Assembly (NCBI GenBank): GCA_021846045.1
Contig: JAJZCM010000004.1
Coordinates: 1,244 to 65,243, forward strand
Direction: 5' to 3'
Length of the DNA stretch: 64,000 nucleotides
Source of the DNA: a bacterium
Lineage (GTDB): Bacteria > Elusimicrobiota > Elusimicrobia > UBA1565 > UBA9628
The notes below the pieces were generated by a model. The model did not search any database and was not told the origin of the DNA. It saw only the letters and a list, made by a program, of their open reading frames with translations. Positions 38,526 to 48,029 of this stretch are shown one piece after another (position 1 is the first letter of the stretch; the number at the start of each line of letters is the position of its first letter). Position numbers and translations under genes: made by a program.

Positions 38526-39362
38526 TTGAAACGCCTTACGTGGGCTCTCCTCCTCATTTGTCCGAGCTTATCCCCCGCCCAACCGGTGGTTTCCCCGGCG
38601 GATATCGGCTTTCTTGAAAGAGGCTTGTCCGTTGTCGAGGCGCGTCATTTAAAGAGCGCAAAAAAAGAAATTGCCGAAACGCTTATTGGGCGAAAACTTT
38701 TGGCTGAAACCGCTTTTGTTTCCGTTTCAATTGGGAATGTCCCATCGAATCGCTTGGTCGAATACGCCTTTGACCCGCAGCCGCGTCTTTTATTCAATAA
38801 AAACGCTTTGATTTTGCCCGCTTCTCCGGAGCTTGATCTGGCTTTGATTCGAGCCTTGTCCATCGCCTCTTTGGAACTTCCGGTTGCGACCAAGGACAGT
38901 TTTTTCTTCGCGCGGGTCAACCGCGTTTTATTCGCGAGCCAATACAGTTCTCGGCATCCAAAATTCGCAAGAGCTTTTGTTGCAAAAGTTTCGGAGGCGA
39001 AAAAACTCTTTTCAGAGGGAATCGGGCGTGGGGAAATGGAGGGGGATTTGGAAAAAACCGCTTTTGACGAGGTTCTTTTCGCGCAAGACCCGTATTTGCT
39101 CTATCAAGCCGCAGACGCAGTTCCATTTGTTTCCCAGATCGAGGATTTTACGCGGCTATATGGGCCCAACTTTGACGGGGTCACCCCGCAGGCAGGGGGC
39201 AAGATTGTGATCGTTCAGGGGAAAGTCTATCCTGGAATTTTATTTGATGATTCCGTAAAGATTATTCAGTGGGGCGGCCTTCGGCGCGTAAACCAAATCC
39301 ACTTTTATAATAATCAGGATTTGGAACTCTTTTCCCAAAAAGATGCGTTGAGGCCTCGTTAA
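38526..39362 (+). CDS. Hypothetical secreted protein
   Basis: TTG start immediately after the reductase stop gives signal peptide MKRLTWALLLICPSLSPA; no recognised motif. Confidence 0.6.
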   Translation: MKRLTWALLLICPSLSPAQPVVSPADIGFLERGLSVVEARHLKSAKKEIAETLIGRKLLAETAFVSVSIGNVPSNRLVEYAFDPQPRLLFNKNALILPASPELDLALIRALSIASLELPVATKDSFFFARVNRVLFASQYSSRHPKFARAFVAKVSEAKKLFSEGIGRGEMEGDLEKTAFDEVLFAQDPYLLYQAADAVPFVSQIEDFTRLYGPNFDGVTPQAGGKIVIVQGKVYPGILFDDSVKIIQWGGLRRVNQIHFYNNQDLELFSQKDALRPR

Positions 39363-40468
39363 AGCTTTCGGAAAAATATACTTTCCTTGGACTGAAGAGG
39401 TTGGGCTTTGTCGTCGATCATTTGCACGCTGTGCGCCGCGGAAAGAGCGGTGTCCCGCGAGATGATATTTTTTTGCAGCAGATTTTTAAGCCACATGTCC
39501 TTGGAAACCATTCCGACCGAGGCCCCGGCTTGAATCGCGTCGTTAATGGCTTCGAGTCTTCGCTCGCGAATGAGCTGACGGACAGCCGAGGTCGCGAGCA
39601 AAACCTCGGGCGCAATCACCATGCCTTTGCCATCGGCTCTCGGCAAAAGCTCCTGGGAGATGACGGCTTCAATGGTCGAGGCGAACTGATCGCTGAGGAC
39701 TTGTTGATCGGCTTCCGGAAAAGAAGAGATGATTCTTTGGGCTGTTTTCGACGCGTCCCGTGTGTGCAAGGTCGTGATGACTAAGTGCCCCGTTTCCGCG
39801 GCGAGCATCGCGGCTTGAATGGATTTTGAATCCCGCATTTCCCCGATGCACAAAATGTCCGGATCCTGGCGCAGGGCGTCCAAGGTTCCCGTTTCAAAAG
39901 AAGGAGTGTCGATGCCCACTTCCCGTTGAACGAAAATGCAGCGGGCGGGTTTGAAAATAGTTTCGATGGGGTCTTCAATCGTGATTATCTTTTGGGGCCT
40001 TCCGGTCTGATTGAGATGTTCGAGCATCGCGGCCATGGTCGTGCTTTTTCCGCTTCCGGTGGGGCCGGTGACCAAAATGATTCCCGTTCTCCGGGTGATG
40101 AGATTGCCAACGACGGGCGGAAGCCCTAAGGCGGCCAGCGGGTAAATTTTGCTGGTGATGATTCTTATGGTCGCTCCCATCGTTCCCAGTGCGTGGTAGA
40201 GAGAAAAACGGAAACGTCCCAAAGGCTCGATGGCTCTTGAGAAATGGAGCTTAAACTCTTTTTTGAAGGCGTCGATCTCGTTTTGGTCGATAAAGGGTTT
40301 GATGAGCGTCATGATTTGATCCGAAGTTACCGCAGGATGTTTTAAGGCCGCTATTTCACCTGAAACTCGGACCATTGGGGCGGAATTATGAAGGAGATGA
40401 AGATCGCTTCCACCCACCGCGATCGCTTCCGATAAAAGTTGGCTTAAAGTCAGATCTTTGTCAGACAT
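39359..40468 (-). CDS. PilT/PilU family type IV pilus retraction ATPase
   Basis: GPTGSGKST, TIEDPIE, LRQDPD, GEMRD, AETGHLVITTLH, AVRQLIRE. Confidence 0.93.
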   Translation of the reverse strand: MSDKDLTLSQLLSEAIAVGGSDLHLLHNSAPMVRVSGEIAALKHPAVTSDQIMTLIKPFIDQNEIDAFKKEFKLHFSRAIEPLGRFRFSLYHALGTMGATIRIITSKIYPLAALGLPPVVGNLITRRTGIILVTGPTGSGKSTTMAAMLEHLNQTGRPQKIITIEDPIETIFKPARCIFVQREVGIDTPSFETGTLDALRQDPDILCIGEMRDSKSIQAAMLAAETGHLVITTLHTRDASKTAQRIISSFPEADQQVLSDQFASTIEAVISQELLPRADGKGMVIAPEVLLATSAVRQLIRERRLEAINDAIQAGASVGMVSKDMWLKNLLQKNIISRDTALSAAHSVQMIDDKAQPLQSKESIFFRKL

Positions 40469-40537
40469 AAAGTTATGGTTCCCCTTGGTTGTATCAAATT
40501 TGTGACAGAATGGTAAAAAAACGGTAAAGAGTCCGGT

Positions 40538-41185
40538 TCATGTATTTTTTATTCCCTGAGGGCAGAAGGATTTAAATAAGCAGGACTGACATAAGGGCTT
40601 TCTCGCCGCGCAGACTCTTCTACCATGCCGAACCATCGCATGTCCGAAAAAAATCCATTCTTTTCGCGGAATCACCGCCATTAAATCTTTCTCAATAAGC
40701 GCGGGGTTAGTCTTTTTCGTCAGCCCCAACCTGAACGAGACGCGTTTGACATGGGTGTCGACGACGATTCCTTCCGCGAGGCTAAAAGCCGTTCCGAGAA
40801 TGACGTTGGCGGTTTTTCTGGCGACGCCGCGCAGCCTAATCAATTCGGCCATGGTCTTGGGGAGTTTCCCATTAAAGTCTTTGAGAAGAGTCCTTGCCGA
40901 TTCTTGAATCGACAAGGACTTTGAGCGAAAAAAACCGGTTGGGCGGATGATGGACTCAATTTCCTTGATATCGGCTTTGACGTAATCTTCAATGGCTGGG
41001 TATCTCTTAAAAAGATGAGGGGTCACGGCGTTGACCCTTTTGTCGGTGCATTGAGCGGATAAAATCGTGGCGACGGCCAGTTCCCAGGGGGATCCGAAAT
41101 TGAGTTCGCATTGGGCGTCGGGATAAAGCGTTTTAAGGCCTTTGAGAACCTTCGCGGCTTGTTCGGCGCGTTCCGTGACCCTCAT
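40538..41185 (-). CDS. nth: Endonuclease III
   Basis: ILSAQCTDKRVN, GVARKTANV, VDTHV, C-terminal 4Fe-4S cysteines. Confidence 0.96.
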   Translation of the reverse strand: MRVTERAEQAAKVLKGLKTLYPDAQCELNFGSPWELAVATILSAQCTDKRVNAVTPHLFKRYPAIEDYVKADIKEIESIIRPTGFFRSKSLSIQESARTLLKDFNGKLPKTMAELIRLRGVARKTANVILGTAFSLAEGIVVDTHVKRVSFRLGLTKKTNPALIEKDLMAVIPRKEWIFFGHAMVRHGRRVCAARKPLCQSCLFKSFCPQGIKNT

Positions 41186-42912
41186 TTCTTCTTTATGTAA
41201 TAATAATCGAGTCCCAAGCCAATCGGGTCGTCATGAAAATCCCGAACTTCCCGTCTCAAGGCGTAAATGGCGGTCGGATGCGCGACCGGAATATTCAGGG
41301 CGCTTTCGCTCGCGAGCTTGAGAATTTCTTCTGTTAATTTTTTTTGTTTAAGGCGATTGCCGGTTGAAGCGAATTGTTCGAGAAGCGAATCCATCTTGGG
41401 GTCCTTATATTCTTGATCAAGAGGATAGCGGCCGTTTGAGTCATAAAATGCGTAGAGAAAATTATAGGCGTTGGGATAATCGGCATACCAGCCGCGCATG
41501 AAAATCGGCATCAAATGCTTTTCGCTTTTGTCCAAGAAAGAAGGCCAATCAAGCCCGCGAATATCGATATGAAACTTCGGGTTGAGCGCTTCCACGTTCT
41601 TTTTCAGGATAAGGGCAGCGGCCATGCGATTTTCAGAGCCGGTATTATAAGTGAGAGTGAAATGAAAGCCTTTTTCCCACGCTTGTCCATGAAAGGCTCG
41701 CTTAAAATGAGAGACGGCTTTTTGAAGATTATAAGAACGGTAAGGAAAGCGTGTGTTGGCCTGTAAAAGTTTTTGGGGGACGACGCTTTTAGCCAAGGTT
41801 CCTTCGCCTTTTAAGGCGTCGCGGACAAATGTGGGGGCGTCAAAGGCGTAGGTCATGCCGAGGCGGATGTCACGGTCTGAGAAAAAATCGGGAGGTATCC
41901 CGTCTTCTCCCAGATGGCCGGAGCCGATGTCGCGATTAGCCATGGGACTAATATGGAAAGTAAAGAAAAATACCGGGTCGGTGGCTAATCGCGCCAGGTG
42001 GGGAATAATTCTCACTCCGGGGATATTGGAAACTTCGCTTAAGAAAACGGGAGATACGCTGATAGCGTCGGCGCCCCCGGCTTTAAGCATTAATTTCTGA
42101 GTTGAAAATTCAGGAATGGTGCGAATAATTACCTGGGAAAGAGAAGCGGGTTTTCTCCAATAATGATCATTTCTTTTCAGGATGATGTATTTGGAAATGG
42201 AATTCCATAGCGCGAGTTTAAACGGCCCGCTTCCATCCATGTGATTTCGCAGATAGCTGCGGTCTTCAGGGGGATTATTGAAATGGGCGAGAGAGGCCAA
42301 CGTTCCATCCCAGTCTCCATGTTCAACGGCCCAACTCTTCGGCAAAACATAGGACCAGTGGGCCATGATTGAGAGAAAAGGGGCAAAGGGGCGCTTAAGA
42401 GTGATCACGACGTCGTTTCCTTCGACGCGGACGGCTTTAAGCGCTGCGGCAAAAATGGATTTAAGGGACGTTCCTTTTTCCTGGGTGGAACTGATCCCTA
42501 GAATGGGTTCTAAAAGGAGACCCGAGGGGCCGCCGGGCCGATCCATGAGCATAAAGCGAAGCAAGGAGTAGCGAACATCCTCGGGAGTTAAAATTTTTCC
42601 ATCTTGAAAGTGAATGTCTTTGCGGATATGAAATCGGTAGACTCTTCCGCCCGAAGAAATGCCTCCATTTTTGACCGAAGGAACTGTGCTCGCTATTAAA
42701 GGAATTAGGCGCGTAGCGGAATCGGCGTCAAAGCCAATCAACGTATCATAAACGTTAAAAATAACGTTTTGGCTGGCGCTGTCATAAGGATAAGCCGGGT
42801 CGAGGCTTGTGATTTCATCAACCTGAGCGAGAATGAAGGTTTGGGATGAAGCAGAGAACGCCGGACGCGTTAGCGTTAGTAAAATTAAAAATAATCCCCA
42901 TATTTTTCCCAT
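41182..42912 (-). CDS. ABC transporter substrate-binding protein, family 5 (peptide/nickel)
   Basis: Signal peptide; SLDPAY, YDTL, FQDGKILTPEDVRYS, GSGPFKL, RNDHYW, GWYADYP. Confidence 0.9.
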   Translation of the reverse strand: MGKIWGLFLILLTLTRPAFSASSQTFILAQVDEITSLDPAYPYDSASQNVIFNVYDTLIGFDADSATRLIPLIASTVPSVKNGGISSGGRVYRFHIRKDIHFQDGKILTPEDVRYSLLRFMLMDRPGGPSGLLLEPILGISSTQEKGTSLKSIFAAALKAVRVEGNDVVITLKRPFAPFLSIMAHWSYVLPKSWAVEHGDWDGTLASLAHFNNPPEDRSYLRNHMDGSGPFKLALWNSISKYIILKRNDHYWRKPASLSQVIIRTIPEFSTQKLMLKAGGADAISVSPVFLSEVSNIPGVRIIPHLARLATDPVFFFTFHISPMANRDIGSGHLGEDGIPPDFFSDRDIRLGMTYAFDAPTFVRDALKGEGTLAKSVVPQKLLQANTRFPYRSYNLQKAVSHFKRAFHGQAWEKGFHFTLTYNTGSENRMAAALILKKNVEALNPKFHIDIRGLDWPSFLDKSEKHLMPIFMRGWYADYPNAYNFLYAFYDSNGRYPLDQEYKDPKMDSLLEQFASTGNRLKQKKLTEEILKLASESALNIPVAHPTAIYALRREVRDFHDDPIGLGLDYYYIKKK

Positions 42913-42936
42913 AAGAGAAGTATAGAATATAGGGAC

Positions 42937-43078
42937 ATAGCGGAGTGTTCCACAAATTCATTTGCATTCGTCACCCCGACGAAAGTCGGGGTCCAGGCCC
43001 GCGTAAAAGACTGGATTCCGGCTTTCGCCGGAATGACGACGAGGCAAATGTAAGGAAGCGTTGGGGACACTACACTAG
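42937..43078. repeat. CGTC-REP dimer (core 42969-43038) inside a different nested inverted-repeat shell
   Basis: Same hairpin pair as copies 1/2; CATTTGC/GCAAATG inner inverted repeat; outer CGGAGTGTTCC / GGGACACTACA bracketed by ATAG / CTAG. Confidence 0.78.
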
Positions 43079-43174
43079 CCTCAGGCGGCGTAACAAATTT
43101 GTCATTGATTTTAAGGGAAGAGTTGTTATACTTTTGTTTGAGATGCGGAAATTTTGTGGAGGCTTAGAGGTTCT

Positions 43175-45187
43175 ATGAGCGAGCGATATTGGATTTTTCA
43201 AAACAGTCAAGTCATCGGCCCTTTTTCGGTGGAGGATCTATTGTCTCGCCCGGATTTTTCCGATGACGCCTTGGTCTGCCCTGAGGGGCGGCAAGGCACT
43301 GACGCCGGAGATTGGCAAAGAGCGAGTTTAATGCCTTCCATTGTGCAGGCGATGTCCAAGCCTAAATCGCCGGTTCCCCAAGCTGCGCAGAGTCAGGCCG
43401 TTCCGAGCGTGGAATCCGGTGGCGACGCTCTTTTAGTTAAGGAATTGAGTTTGTTAGGGGCTGTCCATGAGAAATTGGGAGCCTTAGGACAAAGCGTGAG
43501 TCAGATGCAGGAATCGGTTAAAGACGTGCGGAGAGAGTTGGACGGCTTCCGATCTAAATTTGATGGCGACAATCGGCAAAGCGAAAATTGGAACCGGCGA
43601 ATTAAAAACCTAGAGGATCTGTCCGCGTCCTTTGGCGGCTTGAAAGACAATATAGAGAAAATTTCCTCCGATTCTCGCGCTCAAGGAGCTTTGCTCGAGG
43701 AATCGACCCGCTCGCAGAAGCGTTTAATCGAGGAACTTAATCAGAAGCTGGAGGCTCTCCCTCTGTCTGGGCAAGGAAGCGCGGCTCTTGAGACGCAAGT
43801 TTCGGATTTAAATTCCCGCATCCAAGAGCTGACGGAAAAAGTCGAGGGGGGTGCGCAGAATTCCGCTTTAAGCGCGTCGTTAGAGGAGTTGCGGGGAATG
43901 CTCGGCGGACTTAAGGATGAAGTTGCGGAGCTAAAACTCAGGCAAGAGCCCGCCGCTTCCGCGATCACCTCATTAGAACAGCCGTTGGGGTCTGCGATGG
44001 CCCAACCCGTTTCACCTCAAACGTCGCCGGAAGGGGCTTCAGTCGGGGTCGCGGGGTTTCCCCCTTCTCCGTTTGCCCCGCCGGCTTCCATGTCCGAAGC
44101 GCCTCAACCGTCCTCCATGGAAACGACGTTCCCTCAAGTCCCGGACAGCGCAGCGCCGGAGTTTATTCTCCCAACCGGCAACATCCCTGATTCAAATCCA
44201 GCCGCGTCTCCGGACATGCCCATGGACATCAGTCAACCGTCCGGTTTTGGAGACAGTCTTATTCAGCCTGGCGCTCCCGTTGGCGCGGAGGCGCCGATGG
44301 GGATTTCAGCCGAACCGGCATCTGCGGACAGTTCTTCTCTCTTTGAATCTCCATCCGAAGCAGCAGAAGCCACGGCCAAAGCGCAGAAAAAACCGAAGAA
44401 GGGAACCTGGTTTTTGATTTCGATCGTTGCGGGAGGCGCTTTGTTTGCTCTCGCTTATGTCCTAGGCCTTATTCCCGGGCTGGAGCTTGCCAAGCCAAAA
44501 CCTGCCGCTCAGCGCTTGCCTCTTGTTTCATCGCCGCCATCTCTTCCCATGCCTAAGCAGTCGCCGATTGCCGCCCCGGCTCCGCTTCCGCCGGAGCAGG
44601 AAACAGCCTTCAAGGATTCCGCGATTCAGATGGTCCAAAATTGGCCGCTATCTTCGGGCGGAAAAACAGTTTCCCAAGCCCTGAGAGCGACCAACGGCCC
44701 CTTAGGAGACTTGAGTCCTTGGAGCGCCGAAAAAATCAAGGATAATCTCTACCAGGTCAATTATCAACCCCCTCCCTCGATGAATGGAATGCGGAAATCC
44801 TACGAGTTCCAGGCGGATTTGTCTCTTCATAAGGTCGTCGGACAAAATCAGGCGGCGGTGAATTTGTTGTCCGGAAAGTCCCAATTTCATCCCATGAAGA
44901 AAAAATTGATAAGGCGCCCGTTGGTCAAGAAGAGAATTCACGTGGTTAAAGGAAAGAAGTTCGCCTCAAGAAAGAAAGTCGTCGCCAAGAAAGCCGTCGT
45001 GAAAAAAACGGAAGAGAAAAAAGGCGACATCATGCCGGGCATTCCAAGTCCGCAACCGGCGACCGGGAGTTCTTCAGCCATGCCCCTTCCGAGATCCTCT
45101 CACGCGGCTCCAACGGCTCAGCCCCAGGCGGCGTCTTCATCGGGGCAAAGTCAGAATCAAGAGTTGGACCAGTTGCTCAAACCCTGA
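43175..45187 (+). CDS. GYF_2-like domain, coiled-coil, Pro-rich single-TM membrane protein
   Basis: YWIFQNSQVIGPFSVEDL..W N-terminus; heptad-rich 90-260; TM WFLISIVAGGALFALAYVLGLI. Confidence 0.75.
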   Translation: MSERYWIFQNSQVIGPFSVEDLLSRPDFSDDALVCPEGRQGTDAGDWQRASLMPSIVQAMSKPKSPVPQAAQSQAVPSVESGGDALLVKELSLLGAVHEKLGALGQSVSQMQESVKDVRRELDGFRSKFDGDNRQSENWNRRIKNLEDLSASFGGLKDNIEKISSDSRAQGALLEESTRSQKRLIEELNQKLEALPLSGQGSAALETQVSDLNSRIQELTEKVEGGAQNSALSASLEELRGMLGGLKDEVAELKLRQEPAASAITSLEQPLGSAMAQPVSPQTSPEGASVGVAGFPPSPFAPPASMSEAPQPSSMETTFPQVPDSAAPEFILPTGNIPDSNPAASPDMPMDISQPSGFGDSLIQPGAPVGAEAPMGISAEPASADSSSLFESPSEAAEATAKAQKKPKKGTWFLISIVAGGALFALAYVLGLIPGLELAKPKPAAQRLPLVSSPPSLPMPKQSPIAAPAPLPPEQETAFKDSAIQMVQNWPLSSGGKTVSQALRATNGPLGDLSPWSAEKIKDNLYQVNYQPPPSMNGMRKSYEFQADLSLHKVVGQNQAAVNLLSGKSQFHPMKKKLIRRPLVKKRIHVVKGKKFASRKKVVAKKAVVKKTEEKKGDIMPGIPSPQPATGSSSAMPLPRSSHAAPTAQPQAASSSGQSQNQELDQLLKP

Positions 45188-45194
45188 GGCTTAT

Positions 45195-45695
45195 ATGGAG
45201 ATGGCGCGTTCCTTGAGGCAGGTGGAAGGAAGCTTAGGCATCCTTTGCGACCGCGTCTCCGTTCAAAGCGCGCGCTTGGATGAACTTCTCTTCCGCGCCC
45301 AGAGAATCGCCTTAAGCGTCAAGAACGGACATAAAAACCCCGATATGATGTTTGGATCCGATCTCCAGCATTTCCGGCAAGAAATTAGGCGCTTCGGTTT
45401 TGACGTCGCCGCCGTGCCCAATCGAGTCGGGGCGATTGAACGCGCCGCCGAATATGACGAAGCTTCCGTCAAGGCCGCACAGTCTTTGATGAGAGTTTGC
45501 GAGCGTTTAAACCGGGATGTCAAGGCCTTGCATGATAAGGCCTTGCTGGCCCATCAACATATGAGGGAAGCGGAATATAAAATCGAAGCTTGGTATTTAG
45601 TTCAAGATATTCAAGAGATGGTCCAACGCGCGCAATCTCTGCCCAACATCGCGAATCGAATCGTGCTGCGCATCAGCAGCCCTCAGGGAGGGTGA
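45195..45695 (+). CDS. Hypothetical helical protein
   Basis: 166-aa ORF tightly packed between neighbours; amphipathic helices. Confidence 0.7.
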   Translation: MEMARSLRQVEGSLGILCDRVSVQSARLDELLFRAQRIALSVKNGHKNPDMMFGSDLQHFRQEIRRFGFDVAAVPNRVGAIERAAEYDEASVKAAQSLMRVCERLNRDVKALHDKALLAHQHMREAEYKIEAWYLVQDIQEMVQRAQSLPNIANRIVLRISSPQGG

Positions 45696-48025
45696 TGCGG
45701 AGATTTTGGCTTTTGTGGATCGCCCTATTATTGTGCGTGCAAGCGCGCGCCACGGCCAAGGCCGTGGACGCATCCACTCAAACTGTTGACGCCCGCATTG
45801 ACGCCGAGGTTCAAGAGGTCAGAAAAGAAGGAGATCAGGCATTTTTAGAAGGACGCTTCAAAGACGCTAAAAATTCCTATCGCTATCTGGAAGTGATGGG
45901 CTCAGGAGTTGATCGCCCCGATGAAAATTTGGCGATTTTAGATCGGGACTTGGGCGATAACGACCAAGCCTTGGCCCATTGGTTGAGAGCTTCCTTAAGC
46001 TCCAATGCGGACGGATTTGTTTTTAATCAAAAAGGCTGGTCGTATCTTTCCGCGGGAGATTTCCGAGACGCCAAGGAGGCCTTTTCTCAGGCGCTGAAGT
46101 ACTCTTTAAATTCGGCTCAGCAGGCGGAGTCTTATTTGGGAATGGGTATTGAGGAGAACTTAGATGGTCACCCAAAGTTGGCCATTAAACCCCTCAGCCT
46201 CTGTTTGACCAAGAGCCCCTATATCCTTTCTGTCGCTTACAACAAGACCGGAGAGACGGAACTGCGCTTGGGAAACCCGGAAGCGGCATTGGCTGCTTTG
46301 AATCAAAGCGTGGGCCTGGATCTTTTTAACTTTGAGGCCATGGTTGATTTGGCCAGGCTTCAATTTAAAATCGGAGAAGATAAGGATGCTTGGATTCTTT
46401 ACCATCATCTCATAGCTTTGGACCCCGGCAATGCCGTCTTTATCAAAATTCTCAACTCCATACAGAAATACTTGGTGGAGCCGCCCAGTCAGATCCTGCC
46501 GGAAAGGCGGATTTCAAGACCTTTTTTGTCAGGGGATATTTCAACGGAAGAAGATGTTTCGAGCCCCACCATTCGCGTTGCTCTCTTCTGCGGAGAAAAA
46601 GGACGGCCTCATACGATGACGCGAGTCTATTTTATGACGAACCGTTCGTTTAAGCTGGTGTCCAACAATAACGAAGTGATCCGTGACAATGTCGCGCCTT
46701 ATAATCAATGGCAGATTTCTTTCGAATCGGAAAACGGGCTGGTAGAAGTCCGTGATACCGAAGACAATATCGAATATGCGACGAAAGAACCGTTTAAAAT
46801 CATTCCCTCTTCGGGATCCTTGGGCTCAGTTTTGCTTAAAAGCGCTCATTTTTCAAGTACGGTTGGATTTGATTCCGGGGACCGGGAGTTGCGCGGCGCA
46901 ATCGAGGTCTTTCCCAATCCCAACGGATTTAAGCTGGTCAATGAGACCGGAGTTGAGGATTATCTCTATGGGGTGGTCGGGCGGGTCATGAGCGGGCAAA
47001 GCCCGATGGCGGCCCACCAGGCCGAGGCGGTGGTTGCCCGCACGACGGCTTTGTGGTATAAAAGTTTGGGGCGGCCCAACCTGGAAAAAACCGATATTTG
47101 CGATTCTTCCGCTTGTCAGAGTTATCGCGGCGTCACTTCTGAGATGAGTCGGTCAACAAAAGGCGTTCAAGACACTCTCGGTGAGGTTCTATCTTATGAC
47201 GGCCGCGTCGCCAAGGCCGCATGGCACCAGGATTGCGGAGGGTTTACGGAAGACGGCGCGGACTATCCGGATCCTGCGCTTAAAAATTTGGTTTCGGTTG
47301 CCGATGCGCCGACAGAGATTCCTCCTTCCGCGTCGCTGACGCCTTCCCCAAAGCGCGACGTGGACGCTCGGCCTTCGGCCTTGACCCCGCCGTCATCTCC
47401 GGCTGATTTTGAGCGTTGGATGCACGGTTTTCCTCCAGATAACCTTTTCTCAAATAATGCCGCGATTCGGCAAACTTTTTCCCGGTGGGTGAGAATTATC
47501 CCTTCGGATTCCATTCGGCAAAGAATTCAGGCCTTTAAAGACATCGGAAAAATCAAGCGCATTGAAATCAATCGCAGATCGGCAACCGGACGGGTTTTGC
47601 AGATGACGGTAGTCGGGGCCAAGGGACGCTGGATCGCCCAGGGGTTTTCCCAAATTCAGAAAGCGATGTCCCCGCATTCGCTGCGCTCAAGTCTTTTCAC
47701 TATTACGCCCGTTAAAGATGGAAGATTTGTCCAATTTTTCATTTTGTGGGGAGCGGGAACTGGGAGCGGTCTTGGGCTTTGCATGGATGGAGCCTTGGGG
47801 CAGGCGAGCTTGGGCATATCTCCACGCGGTATTCTTGCCAAATACTTTCCTAAATACCACATTGAGAAAGCCTACGGAACTTCTTTCGAAAAAAAACCTT
47901 CTCCGGGTTCGGGAAAATCTTCACGGAAAAAACGCGCGATCAATAAGCGTTGGAAAAAACACAAGTCCATCAAGAAAAAGGCCAAGGAGAAAACTTCCGA
48001 TTCGTTGCCTAAAGCGAAAAATTAG
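45695..48025 (+). CDS. Secreted TPR + SpoIID/LytB domain protein
   Basis: Signal peptide, several TPRs, LRGAIEV, EDYLYGVV, ART, D..CQSYRG, GG.TE, RSSLF, G.GSG.GLC..GA. Confidence 0.87.
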   Translation: MRRFWLLWIALLLCVQARATAKAVDASTQTVDARIDAEVQEVRKEGDQAFLEGRFKDAKNSYRYLEVMGSGVDRPDENLAILDRDLGDNDQALAHWLRASLSSNADGFVFNQKGWSYLSAGDFRDAKEAFSQALKYSLNSAQQAESYLGMGIEENLDGHPKLAIKPLSLCLTKSPYILSVAYNKTGETELRLGNPEAALAALNQSVGLDLFNFEAMVDLARLQFKIGEDKDAWILYHHLIALDPGNAVFIKILNSIQKYLVEPPSQILPERRISRPFLSGDISTEEDVSSPTIRVALFCGEKGRPHTMTRVYFMTNRSFKLVSNNNEVIRDNVAPYNQWQISFESENGLVEVRDTEDNIEYATKEPFKIIPSSGSLGSVLLKSAHFSSTVGFDSGDRELRGAIEVFPNPNGFKLVNETGVEDYLYGVVGRVMSGQSPMAAHQAEAVVARTTALWYKSLGRPNLEKTDICDSSACQSYRGVTSEMSRSTKGVQDTLGEVLSYDGRVAKAAWHQDCGGFTEDGADYPDPALKNLVSVADAPTEIPPSASLTPSPKRDVDARPSALTPPSSPADFERWMHGFPPDNLFSNNAAIRQTFSRWVRIIPSDSIRQRIQAFKDIGKIKRIEINRRSATGRVLQMTVVGAKGRWIAQGFSQIQKAMSPHSLRSSLFTITPVKDGRFVQFFILWGAGTGSGLGLCMDGALGQASLGISPRGILAKYFPKYHIEKAYGTSFEKKPSPGSGKSSRKKRAINKRWKKHKSIKKKAKEKTSDSLPKAKN

Positions 48026-48029
48026 CCCC

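Noticed and set aside
23870-43078. CRISPR array interpretation of the hairpin repeats
   Set aside because: Three dispersed copies many kb apart, no regular repeat-spacer periodicity and no cas genes.
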